Assembly (NCBI GenBank): GCA_008632985.1
Contig: QPGO01000265.1
Location: 1-64,000, forward strand
Origin: Psammoneis japonica
Lineage: Eukaryota
Length of the DNA: 64,000 nt
Direction: 5' to 3'
The position numbers were made by a program, and so were the translations under genes. Positions within the stretch are counted from its first letter, which is position 1; every line of letters begins with the position of its first letter. Shown piece after piece: positions 11,514 through 23,049 of this stretch. The notes below the pieces were generated by a model. That model worked only from the letters and a program-made list of their open reading frames with translations, was not told the origin of the DNA and searched no databases.

Positions 11514-11957
11514 TGCAGCAGGCATCCCCACCGTAGCCGCCGATGATGCTGCTTTCCTGCATCTGCAGGCTGTCCGTAGCGACGCTGATCCCGCAGAAGC
11601 GCGTGGCAAGAGAACGCGACTCCTGGAGTACGAGACCTACGACAGGCTACAGGAGTTCCATACGACCGAGACCGGCATGACTGGCCATCGTGCAAGAGTC
11701 TCGCCTGCTATGAAGGGACTGAGTAGGAGTTACGCAGCACCGAGTGTGAGCCTTTGGATTGGCTCCGCGTGAACATCAATGAATGTTACAAAAGACTTGT
11801 GCTTAAGTCTTTCCAATGACTTGTCATGTAACAAGAATTCTGGTTTCTAGAAAAAGAACACCATCGCGCATTTATGCTCTAAGTGAAACAGTCTCACAAT
11901 TTTCACAACACACCAAACATCTACCTGAGTGCTTGTGCCCTGTTCCTGCACAGGTCA
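11514..11957 (+). repeat. 3' LTR of B1
   Basis: TG..CA after PPT; shares both ends with 20776-21148. Confidence 0.85.
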
Positions 11958-12416
11958 AGACGGAAAACGTGGTCACGTGTGTGTGTTGCACGGTGTGTGT
12001 AACCACACTGCTGATGAATGCTGGGCTTTGAAATGTCAAGTTAAGAAACTCAAGACCTCAGATGCGCATGTGTCTGAATGCAAGGAAGCGCGCAAGCGCA
12101 ATGCTGACACACGCAAGGAGGAAATTAACGTCATCTCGAGAAGGCCGTTGACGCCACGTTAAAACGTAAGGCTCAGGATGACGCGAAGGTGGACGAAGAA
12201 CTCAATGCCTTCGAAACTTTGTCCCTCTCTGAGGATTCGGATGCTGACACTGATGACGTGAAAGCGAAGCGCATCTGATGTGTTGGCCGACATGGCAGTG
12301 ATCTACATGACTTTAGCAGCTTGGACAAATGTCTCAATGCTCAAGTGCAGTGTGCACGTAGCCATGTTGTAGGCCAATCGCGTAAACACTCTAAGTCGGA
12401 GCACTTGTGTCCCATG

Positions 12417-12932
12417 CAGTCTGCTCACTCTAACATGTGCTTTTTAACATGTGCCCTCTCCATCACATGCTAAAAATCCGGCCTGACCCCTTGGACAAAG
12501 GTCAGACTTCCCTGTTAACAGACAGGCCGACAGACCGACAGACCATTTCGCGAATCCGTGATGCGACTGGTTTGAGGCAATGAAACCATTAAGACCACAC
12601 TTGCAACAACTGCAAACACCCTTGTTGACCATCATTTACCTCTAAGAAGTGGTCCTGGGCTTCTTTGTACCTAGCAGGACCAAAGAATTGATGAAGACAG
12701 GTCATGAGTTTTTTCAAAAATTACAGTGGTGGCCGTGCGAACCATGGCCCCAAAGCATCGTGAGTCGTGAGGGAGAAGCGCAAGATTTCAAAGTACGTAA
12801 ATCTTGGCACTGCTTCCACGTACGTGGCAAATGTGCGTGCTTTTGTACGAGGATGGAATGACATGTGCCCTCTCCACAACATGTGCTAAAGCACCGCATG
12901 CACCCCCAGCATGTGTTGACATGAGCAGACTG
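12417..12932. mobile_element. Tc1/mariner/pogo-type MITE
   Basis: TIR CAGTCTGCTCA/TGAGCAGACTG; flanks TG and CA where a TA TSD is expected; removal restores HLCPILFVSLNT. Confidence 0.8.
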
Positions 12933-14550
12933 CACTGTTTGTCTCTCTGAACACCAGACATGGCAAAGAGGATAAACAAATCGTAAAGGCTCTTTTGGAC
13001 AGTGGTGCCAGTGGCACCCTAGTGTCCTCTAAGTGTGCAAAAAGACTAAGACAAAAAGAGTCACCCAAAAAGACCTGGGACACTGCCGCTGGCACATTTT
13101 CCACGTCTCTGGGCTGCAGAATGGACATGACATTTCCTGAACTGTCATCTACGGCGGAAACCAGACAACTGGTGCACACACATGACAGAGACCTGGGACA
13201 CTACGATGTGATCATTGGACGTGACATGCTCGAGCCTCTAGGTGCAGACATTGCATTCTCCGAACAGGCCATCAAATGGCCTAGAGCCAATGCTGACATT
13301 CCCATGAGGAGCGTGGACTCTACTGTTGAAACGTCATTTCACATCGAGGACTCTCCGGAACTTTGCAGTGAAAGTGACCGTGTGGCGACCACACTGGCCG
13401 CTAAGTACGAAAAGGCCGATCTCACGAAAGTCGTACACAAGACGAAGGGCCTTGATGAGAAGCAGCAGAAGGAACTGCACGCTCTCCCACTTGGGTGTGA
13501 AGCGTCATTTGACGGAACGCTTGGCAGGTGGAATGGAAAACCCCACCATGTGCAACTTGAAGAAGGAGCAAAACCACATCATGCACGCCCACATGCAGTG
13601 CCTAAGAGGTGCAAAAGGTTGGTGCATGATGAAGTTGACAGACTCTGTAAGATTGGAGTTCTCAAGAAGGTCAATCGGTTGGAATGGGCTGCACCTTCTT
13701 TTGTGATGCCAAAAACCAATCAACAATTCGGTTTATAAATGACTTCAGAGAACTGAATGAACGCATGGTGCGAATGCCGCATCCTCTGCCGAACATGCAA
13801 GATGTGTTGCTTCGGCTCAAGAATTTCATGTGGGCTGCATCTCTGGACCTGAACATGGGACATTGCCACCTGCACTCAAAGCAAGCTCTAGATGACTCTG
13901 CACTCTCATTCTTCCTTGGGGCAAATGTGGGATGCAAAGCTTGCCCATGGGACCATGCAATAGTCCAGATGTCTTTCAAGAGAAGATGTCAGACCTCTTT
14001 GCAGATTTGTGGCATGTGAGGACCTACATTGATGATTTGTTTACAATCACAAAGGGCACCATTGAGGACCACCTAGAAAAGCTGGACAAAGTCTTGGAAA
14101 GGCTCCAAAGGCTGGTTTGAAGGTCAATGCATGGAAGTCTGACTTCTGCCAGACCCAAGTGAGCACTTGGGCTGTCTGGTGACAGAGAAGGCATCAAACC
14201 AACTCCCAAGAAAGTTGCAGCAATTCAAAAGCTTGCTGCTCCCAAGACCAAGAAGCAGCTCAGAAGCTTTGCTGGCCTTGTGAACTGCCACAGGGATGTC
14301 TGGATGCGAAGATCAGATGTCCTGGCACCCCTTGCTGAGCTTGCAGCAAGAATGGCAAATGGGAATGGACCTCAGTTGAAGAGGCAGCTTTTCAAACTGT
14401 GAAAAGGTGGTGGCAGAGCAAGTGCTTCTGGTCCACCCTGATTTTTCCAAACCTTTTGAGATTCATGCTGATGCATCTGAGCATCAGTTAGGAACAGTGA
14501 CATCTCAAGAGAACAAGCCAATGGCGTCACAGTCGCAAACTGATGAACGC

Positions 14551-15867
14551 TGGGCGCACCACAGTTCTCGGCCCGTTCATTTTCTACGTGGCCTGGCACA
14601 ACCGAAATCTGTGTAGATTCAGCACATTTTGCCCTGTAGAAAGACTTTTGGGACTGTTTTCTGGCTCGCGGCTCAAAACAACACGCAAAATAACACGGAC
14701 AATGGCGTTTCGCCGATTTCAAAAATGCGGTTGTTTCTGAGGTGCTTTGTAGTGTACTCTCAACGGAATGTCTTACGTCATAGCATAAGGTGCGTGATGA
14801 GCTCGAGAGCACACAGGTTCACATGGGCAGCTGATGGTGAAAATTCTCACTGAAGGTTCGCGTTGACAGTGTCGCTTCTGTTGCATCACGACCGACCTCA
14901 TGCATTGCCATTCGTGCTGTGTGTTTCGTTGAGGCTTTGTGCATTGATGCCCATTTGACTTACATGTGTTGTCTCTTTCTACATTGTTCTTTTGTTCTGC
15001 AGGGTCTCCGTCATCGTAAGGTGTCCCAGAAACACTTTTTCTCGTCAAGAATGTCATTTCTGCAATGCGATGGCCGTGGCAATTCCAAAACGAGGCAAAG
15101 TCACAGACAAAGCATCAGGCTGACTTCACAACAAATGTGGTGACTTGGAGCTATGGTGTCAAAAGCTGGACAAGCTCTCAAGAGCTCAGATCCGTCACAG
15201 TGCATTTTTGACAACAGTTCTCCCCGCCTCCACTTGGTGATGCGGAGTTTGATTCGGCAGACAAGTGCATCATGGCTGTTCTGAAGGTTTAGATTGCTTC
15301 TTTTGGCTGCAAGGTAGTTCACAAGCTAGAAACATGTGGCTTGCTTGCCCAATTTGTCAGCCAATGCAACAAACTTAGAGGGTGACAGCCGGGACAGATG
15401 ATCATTGTGTCAAGTCTAAAAAGCAGCTAAAGATTGTAAACCAAAAAGAAGAACTAGCTTTAAAATTTGTCATGGGAGTGTGGACTTTATTTTGTTGGGG
15501 CATCACGTCTTTGTTGTTGTTCTAGAGTGAACATCAACTGGTGTTGTTACCGCCAACGTGCGAGTTCGCCTTGACAATCGGCTGCACTGCATTCTGAGAT
15601 TTTGGAGTAAAAAACAACTTTTGTTTACATTGCTCTATTACAAGAGAAAGCTCGTTGGCTTCCCCTCGCCTTTTTGGAGCAATCGGGTGAGTGAAAGAGG
15701 AGCTGCAGAAAGATTTGATGCATTGTCGTCAGGTGGTGTCGTCGTGAGGTCGCGTGATGGAGTGCCATGCTTTCTGTTTTGCACTGCGTCTGTGTGGGAA
15801 TGTACGTGATTGGCTCTCTGGTAGTTTCTGCGTAAAAAGTGTACCAGGCGATCTCTGGACCGCCCTC
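14551..15867 (-). mobile_element. TTAA-targeting element I, copy 2
   Basis: Ends ..GGACCGCCCTC|TTAA; reverse-complement similarity to 9413-10762; interrupts RNase H. Confidence 0.75.
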
Positions 15868-16414
15868 TTAACTGTGCCATGACTGAACGTGAGTTGCTCT
15901 CAATCGTGGAAACGCTGAAGGAGTTCCGAAATGCACTCCTTGGTCATCGTATTATCGTGTGCACTGACCATAAAAATTTAACATGTAAAGCATTCAACAC
16001 TGAGCACGTCATGCGCTGGCGACTTCTATGTGAAGAACACGGCCCTGAATTACGACATGTTAAAGGCCATAAGAATCTGGTCGTGGACGCGTTAAGTAGA
16101 TTGGAACTTGACCCTCCATTGACGTCAGAATCTGATGTACCCGCACTCGATGCCCCTGACATACGACCTTTAGCTGAAGCATTCGGAACTGATGACGTGG
16201 ACAAAGTCACTCGCATTCCCGTCAACTTTAAACAGCTTCAGAAACTTCAACAAACGGATGGGACATTGCTGCGCAAAGCTCGTCTTTCCGACAAACATAC
16301 AATGCATTCTTTCTGTGGAGGAGAAACGTCGTCAAGACAGTTGACATGTTACGAGGACAGAATTGTTGTCCCAAAGTCATTACAGGACCCAATGACTGAA
16401 TGGCACCACAATCA

Positions 16415-17097
16415 GGAGAGCACGGGAAAATTGAATGACTGTTGTTCTTCGGACATTTGTGAAAAGAAGTTATTTAATGCATTTCAAAGGGCTTGTGTAG
16501 AATTTGTATGTGGGCAATAATTGCAATCACCAAAAAAGTTTGTGTTGGCGATTTCGCTAAATGACATTGGCGAGAACGGCTTGACGTTGAGTCGTGCGGT
16601 AAAAAAAAAACAGCTTGAACGGCTCAACTTTGCATCGTCCGGTAAAAATGCTGTTCGCACACAGCATCAGCGATCGCTCTCTAATGCCACAACAAAACCA
16701 CCATGGCCTGTTGAGTCCTTCTTTCTTCCCTTAGGGCTTCGTATGATCGGATGCTTGGCGGAGGATGTGGAAAGCTCAAAGACAAACGTCAGCATGGAAA
16801 ACGTCCGTCGGTTCTCATGCTGAAACCGGAGAGGGTTTTGAATTGCGTCAACGGCAAATTAACGTCTCCGTTGCCGTACGGTAAAAAAGAATGCTATTTT
16901 TTTACCGTCCGGGAAAAAAAACTGCTCAAACGGCACGCGTTTTGGTGATCCGGTAAAAAAGAACTGCGCGGCACATCGACGTCCGAGCAAAAGCGCACGC
17001 AAATTTTTGCGATAGCCGACCGTTGAATGTGCACATGCTTCTCTAATGTGTCACACACTGTTCAACGGAAAACAAGGTAAAATTGCACACCGTCTGG
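16415..17097. other. Unclassified ~680-bp insertion in B2 integrase
   Basis: Splits WHHNQ|LCHPGE, which is intact at 9155-9185; recurrent CGGTAAAAA motifs; no clear TIR or TSD. Confidence 0.6.
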
Positions 17098-17677
17098 GCT
17101 GTGTCACCCTGGCGAGACTCGGACAGAGATTGCTGTTGCCCAACATTTCTATTGGGCAGGCATGCGCTCTACGATAAAGTCTGTATTCTCTAAGTGTGAT
17201 TCGTGCCAGAGGACAAAACGTTGAACTGTTAAATGTGGGAAACTGCCAGAAAAAATCGCAGAAATTGTCCCGTGGGAGACCCTGTGTGTAGATTTAACAG
17301 GGCCCTACAAAACAGCCTGCAAAGGAAAGCAGACATTGATCCTGTGGGCCACGACCATGATCGACACCGCGACTGGATGGTTCGAGATCGCAGAAATGTC
17401 CACCAAACGCACTGACGTGGTGGCAAACGTCATCGAACAGACGTGGTTGTGCAGGTGTCCATGGCCAAGTAAAGTCACATTCGACAGAGGTGCTGAGTTT
17501 GTGGCTGAGTTCAGTCAAATGATTCAAAATGACTGCGGGGCGAACTCCACAGTGGAACGCGCACACCAGACAATTGGTGACATGATGCGCACATTCTCAG
17601 TGCAAGACATGGAACTTGACGAAGACGACCCATGGGCTGGTGTGCTTTCTGCCGCAGCCTTTGCTGTGCGTGCAAAC

Positions 17678-20399
17678 AAGACTGGCCACATAGAAAGGTG
17701 CTAACGGAGCTCGAAATAGCTGGTGTGGTCGATTTTGAGGTGTGGATGCCGATCGAAAGCTCTTGATCTCAGCTCTTCAGCGATGTGTGTGTCAATGGCT
17801 GGCAATGCTTCCTTGACATTTTGTTAGCCACAAACTAAATTAACGGCTTGAATTGTTTACCATGAGTGTTTTGACCGTTGAGGAATTGCGCGAAATAACA
17901 TGCCAAGAAAGGCACGTGCACAAGTTGCATAAAAGCATGTAATTTTTAAGATCACACAAGTCTGCACAAATTGTCAAGCACTTGACATAAGGTTCGAATT
18001 TGAAATTCTCTTGGTGGAGGCAACAAGAGCAAGAGCAAAAGCGTCACAAAAAAAATGGCGTGGCCGAAACTAACCAAAGGCGTCAAGGACGATGAGGCGG
18101 CAGAAAAGTTCTACGATTGGCTTTCCGACCCTAACGAGTCTCCCATTTTCCATGAACATTGCACCCAGGTAACTGCAAAGAAACCTACAAAATGTCAGTG
18201 TCCACAGAAGCTAAGAGCAATGTTGGAGAACAACGACACCTCCGTCGTGAAAATGTTGAGCAACTGCCTCGTGTACTTTGAAAGACTGGGATACACAGAA
18301 ACACATGCTACTTTTACATCCTGGATCAAATGTTCTACTTTCATTCAGAAGCATGCATGCAAGGGTGATTGTCGCTGCTTTGTTTTGCCGCTGTTGAAAA
18401 CTGACGACAACGACGAGGAGGAGGCGGAGGAGGGGACGCCGCCGGACGATCATCTGGTCTGCTATAGTGCCCTCCTTGCATTGCTGGGCAAAGGGAGAAA
18501 GTTCTGGAGAACCGCCAAGTTGAGTGCAAAGAGCAGTGTCTTTCCGCAACATGGTCTCAAAGGGAAGACTGGGCAGAACGCGAACAAGACGCTTGCACCC
18601 GAAATGCACACAGCCCTTCACGCATGTTTTGATGACATAAAGGAACTTTCTGAGCCACGTGCAACGAGACTGGTTAGAGAAGAGACAGGTGTCGGCTTGA
18701 GAGATGAAGACACATGCGACTTACCTCCCACCGTGAAAAAGCGTGGATCACACAAACGGCGCGGACAAGAAAATGGTTGGACCCTCAAATCGAACCACAA
18801 AGGCAAGTTTCTTAAGGCGGAACCAATCGAAGGAGAAGACCAGCAACCAATGTGCTCCTGGGCACAATTTTGCAAGTTCTGGAAAAAGAACTATCCTGAA
18901 ATTGTCGTGAGAAGGCCCACTCGTGACATCTGCGACGAATGCTACAAGTTCGCAAATGGCTTCAGGATGAAAGCGATGAAAGAAAAGACGGGGGGTGAGA
19001 GCGACGACGACGAGGATGAGGAGGAGGAGAGCGATGATGATGAAGAAGATGGAGCAGATGCAGAGGTGAGAATGAAAGAGATTGAAGAACAGGAAAATGA
19101 AATGTCACACGCCGCAAAGCACGTCGAGTGGGCTCGAAAGCAACGGACACTCGTGCAACAGCATGTTTCGGAAGCGACAGAACACGCAAAAGCCGACAAG
19201 GCACACGGCGAGCGAACTTACGTAAGGATTGGTGACTGTTGTCAAAATGGTGGGCTTCCACATTTTGGGGCGGATCAGCCAGGGGAGACGCACTGCTTCT
19301 CTCCTTTGATGATCAACATGTTTGGGGTTGCCGATCCTGCGGGGAAAAAAGTTGTGACGGTGACGGAAGATGAGTTCAAGGATTTTTTGCATGCACACGT
19401 CTACCATGAGGGTGCTGGCCAAAAGGGAGGTGACAATGTTGCTTCCCTTGTGATGAAGCACTTGCATGATGGTGGATTGTTGGATGTCAGCAAGGGTCCA
19501 GGCGGAAAGCTCGCATTGATTTTTGACAACTGCATCGGGCAAAACAAAAACAACACGGCATTGAGACTTGCTTCTTACCTGGTGGAACAAGGACATTTCA
19601 AAGAAGTGAGCATCATTTTTTTGACAAAAGGGCACACCAAGAATGCCTGTGACAGGCTCTTCAACAGCCTCAAGCAAACTTGCCGTGACAAGAACATCGG
19701 CACGTTCCGCAAACTCTTGACAGCCTTGGACACCTCCGAATGCGTTCAGGTCGTTGAAGCGAAGGAGGAGGATTTTGTGGGGCATGGAGCGTATTTTGAC
19801 CAACATCACAAGAAGTGCAGCGCAGTTACGAAGCACCACTGCTTTGAAGTGACAGATTCTTCGGAACCTGCGGTAGTGACAATGAAAGCAGCGGACGGTG
19901 AGCCAGAAGTTAGCGAGGATCTCAAGAAGAGGAAGACAGAATCGAGCGAGCAACGAAAACAGAACTTGCAAACGTCACAACCACTTACCTCAACAGCTCC
20001 AGGTGTCAAGGACATCAAGAAGGTCGAGCTTTGTACCAAGTGTCGGCCACTTCTTGACAAGGCAGACCAAGACGAGATGTGCCCTCATCCTGGAGACGAC
20101 GTCCTCAATCGCGTTGCGAAAAGCAAGAGAGAGAAGCGGAAGAACAAGCAGGCGGAGAGCGCTGAGCAGATGGCGCGAAATAAGAAAAAGAAAACCGCCA
20201 AAGCCAATGCAGTTCTTTCGGAGAGGGACACAAATAAAAATTAACAGCAGTCCTTGTGTACACATGAATTTTATGTGATGTTTTATGTCAACACTTTAAT
20301 TGTTTGATGTCGCTCAAAAATCTTGTAAGTGCCATTTTCTCGAAACAAATTTTGAGAGCTCGAGAGCGCGCGTTAGCACCTTTTTATGTGGCCAGTCTT
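17678..20399 (+). mobile_element. Sola1-type DNA transposon, full length
   Basis: 29-bp TIR AAGACTGGCCACATA(G/A)AAAGGTGCTAACG; TSD AAAC/AAAT, matching the AWWT pattern of Sola1. Confidence 0.85.
18055..20244 (+). CDS. Sola-type DDD transposase, 729 aa, open but Tyr>Cys/His-riddled
   Basis: Motifs DICDEC, QPGETHCFSPL, YHEGAGQKGGDNVAS, FDNCIGQNKNN, FLTKGHTKNACDRLF. Confidence 0.85.
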   Translation: MAWPKLTKGVKDDEAAEKFYDWLSDPNESPIFHEHCTQVTAKKPTKCQCPQKLRAMLENNDTSVVKMLSNCLVYFERLGYTETHATFTSWIKCSTFIQKHACKGDCRCFVLPLLKTDDNDEEEAEEGTPPDDHLVCYSALLALLGKGRKFWRTAKLSAKSSVFPQHGLKGKTGQNANKTLAPEMHTALHACFDDIKELSEPRATRLVREETGVGLRDEDTCDLPPTVKKRGSHKRRGQENGWTLKSNHKGKFLKAEPIEGEDQQPMCSWAQFCKFWKKNYPEIVVRRPTRDICDECYKFANGFRMKAMKEKTGGESDDDEDEEEESDDDEEDGADAEVRMKEIEEQENEMSHAAKHVEWARKQRTLVQQHVSEATEHAKADKAHGERTYVRIGDCCQNGGLPHFGADQPGETHCFSPLMINMFGVADPAGKKVVTVTEDEFKDFLHAHVYHEGAGQKGGDNVASLVMKHLHDGGLLDVSKGPGGKLALIFDNCIGQNKNNTALRLASYLVEQGHFKEVSIIFLTKGHTKNACDRLFNSLKQTCRDKNIGTFRKLLTALDTSECVQVVEAKEEDFVGHGAYFDQHHKKCSAVTKHHCFEVTDSSEPAVVTMKAADGEPEVSEDLKKRKTESSEQRKQNLQTSQPLTSTAPGVKDIKKVELCTKCRPLLDKADQDEMCPHPGDDVLNRVAKSKREKRKNKQAESAEQMARNKKKKTAKANAVLSERDTNKN

Positions 20400-20775
20400 A
20401 AATGTGCACACCACTGCCAAGGTGACCCCGATGCAATTAGTCTTCAGACGTGATGCGACACTGTCTGTTGCCTGTCGCGCTGGGTGGAGGTGTGTCCAGA
20501 GCAGAAAGCAGAAATTGATTTGGTTAAATGACAAACGTGAAAACTTGAAGCGAAAGGAGTGCCAACATACGAAGGGACAACTTGTGCTTGTCAAGCAAGA
20601 GCAACAGACGAAATTTGGCACTGACAGTTGCACAGGGCCAGCTGCAGTTGTTCAAGTCAATGACAATGGCACCCTTCGTGTGCAAGAAGGTACGCTGGTG
20701 GTCACTCATGACACACGACAAATTGTCCCTTGCCAGCAGCAGGCCTCGCTCGTACGACCTTGTCACAGGGGCAAG

Positions 20776-21148
20776 TGCAGCAGGCATCCCTGCCGCAGCC
20801 ACCGATGATGCTGCTTTCCTGCATCTGTGGGCTGTCCATGGTGATGCTGATCCCGCAGAAGCACGCACTCTAGAAAACGTGACTCCTGGCATGAGTCCTA
20901 CGATGGGCTGCAGGAGATCCATACGACTGAGACCGGCGTGACTGGCCATCGCGCACGTGACTCACCTTGTGTGAAGGGTGCGCGTAGGATGCACGCAGTG
21001 CCGAGTGTGATTGGTTCCGCGGGAGGACTGAAGCTCTGCATGTCCCACTGTCGGGCATGCATGTGCTCTGTGTAAAACAATCTCACAATTTTCGTGCAAC
21101 ACAGAAAACCTCTGCCTGAGCACTTGTGCCCCATTCCTGCACAGGTCA
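20776..21148 (+). repeat. 3' LTR of B2
   Basis: PPT AGGGGCAAG then TG..CA; homologous to 11514-11957. Confidence 0.85.
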
Positions 21149-22345
21149 AAGGTGAGTTGTTCTAGACAAGATGCCAGAGATTTGTTGTCGCAGTGCGTTT
21201 CCATGTCTGGAACTTGTTCCAGTCAACAGCACTCCACAAAGCAGCAGACGAATCGGAAGATAGAAAGCATCCCATGTGCTTCTGCCCGGTGTGACGAAGG
21301 GCATCTGCTGAAAATGGGGCCAGCACACTCGACCAATGGAGCCCCTTCAAGCGTGATGGTCTAACCAAAGGTTGCTCCTTCGTCACTGCCAGCAGTCAAT
21401 GTCAAAGACATAAAATGTTGGACAAGCATGTCAGGCGATGCTCGAAAGTCGAGCTGTTCAAATGAAGCTGCTTCCCGCTGGGTCAAAGATTGTAGCATGG
21501 ACTGGAACGTGTCCGGCAAGCTTGAAATCGGAGGGTCCAAAACAGCAGTGCACAGGAGATCGAACACCCAACGACCATCCTCCATTGCAGACAGCTCTGC
21601 TGGGAAGGATTCTTCTGACGGGACCGGGACAGTCTCCACCTCTTCCACAGAATCAGTTCTCGTGCCATTCACTTGAAAGATGTGACACCCATTGTTGGAA
21701 CGGACGTACAAACAGTCTTTGGAAGGAGAAAACAAGCAGAAGCCTGAATGTGCATCTGAGAAGGTGGAGCTAGCCAATTGCAAAGAGGCTCCTTCAAGAT
21801 TGTTGATGCTGGTTGACACAATGTAGCACAAAATTTCTTCCAAACGGTCCAAGCTCTCTTGCCAGGTTTGTGTTGTTCAACGTTGTTCAAAGTGCTTGTG
21901 CTGCTCTGGAGCGAAGGGTCTCCAGCAATTTTTGTTGCATCTAGAGCCAATCCATCCACCAAGGCAATGTCTGACACAGACAACACTTGCAAATGCAAAT
22001 GGCAACAATTGATCCATCTTATTTCTTGGTGTGAAAAAAGTTGGGACTGGAGAACAACGTCCACAATGTGCTGGTCATTGTCCCTTTGGTGGAGGGGAAG
22101 AACACCAGTGTGTGTCAGACACACTTTACCCTGGATGCTGTGCAAGAATGAGCAGACTGAAGCAAACCAGCACGATTCCATGTGCGGGAGCACTGTGTCA
22201 ACGTCCCAGAGGAAGCTCACACCTGTTCCCAGATTGATTTGGATCCATGACACCACCATGTGAAGCAATTGGTGCGGTTGGTTCTCCCCCAACTGAAGGT
22301 TTGTGACACCTCTAGAGTGCTTGAGGCATTCACAGAACAAAGGGG
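21149..22345 (-). pseudogene. Non-LTR retrotransposon fragment (post-RT region to RNase H-like domain)
   Basis: LPHMESCWFASV, QRDNDQHIVD, INCCHLHLQVLSVSDI, KPGKRAWTVWKK, GSDEGATFG resemble stramenopile non-LTR ORF2; by eye only. Confidence 0.6.
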
Positions 22346-23049
22346 CATGGGCACGACAACTTGATTTTTGACGCGTTCCTGCTCTAGGTGGGACCTCGCA
22401 CTGCTGCACTGTGACATCAACAGTTTTTTGGATCGCGTCGCATGTCGCGCATGCACGTTTCTACGTGTCACATTCTACAAAAATGTTTCACAGACCTTTC
22501 TTCATTTCAAGATTTTTGCCTGGGTACGGACAGACTGCATGTCAAGCGGAAATTGGGCAGAATTTCTTGTTGCAACTCTCCCCCTGCGGATGTCAGACCG
22601 CGCCCCACAGCTTCTGGCACTTTTCCAACGACGAGAGCACAAATTCAAAAATCACCAACGGTGAAAATGGCGTTCGTCTCTGCGACGCTCATTTCGAAGA
22701 TGATCGGCTCCACACCGGTGACAATCCCCATCCTGTGACTGATGTGTGTGCATCATGATGTTGTGGCAAGAAAATTTATTGTGTTGAGTTGTGTTTGTGC
22801 ATCACATGGTGCAGTTTCGTGTTTTGATGCTTTTTGGGTGTGTTGTTGCCTAAACTTGTCTTGCTCACGGTTGTTCATTTCATCTCATGTTCTAGAGCAA
22901 GGTGTTGACATTCTGTCATTTGCGTTGTTGATGTGTTGTGAGTGAAGTGGATTGAGCTGTGGATTGTGGGGTCGACCTCGGTGACCAGCGCTGCTGATCA
23001 ATCTGGGGTGCATGAGGAACCGCTTCTTGTCATCAGTGCACGATAGCCA

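Larger units (their letters stand above)
2675..11957 (+). mobile_element. pol: Gypsy family B copy B1: degenerate pol (RT-RH-IN) plus 3' LTR, 5'-truncated, interrupted by three DNA elements
   Basis: RT YIDD (ORF 3365..3928), RNase H TERELLSIVE, integrase NPQANSTVER (10899..11546), polypurine tract (PPT) AGGGGCGAG before LTR. Confidence 0.9.
11958..21148 (+). mobile_element. pol: Gypsy family B copy B2: gag C-terminus, degenerate pol, 3' LTR; carries four insertions
   Basis: Knuckle CVLHGVCNHTADEC; TGA 12276-12278; protease LLDSGAS (12995); RT YIDD; RH; integrase resumes at 20400. Confidence 0.9.
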
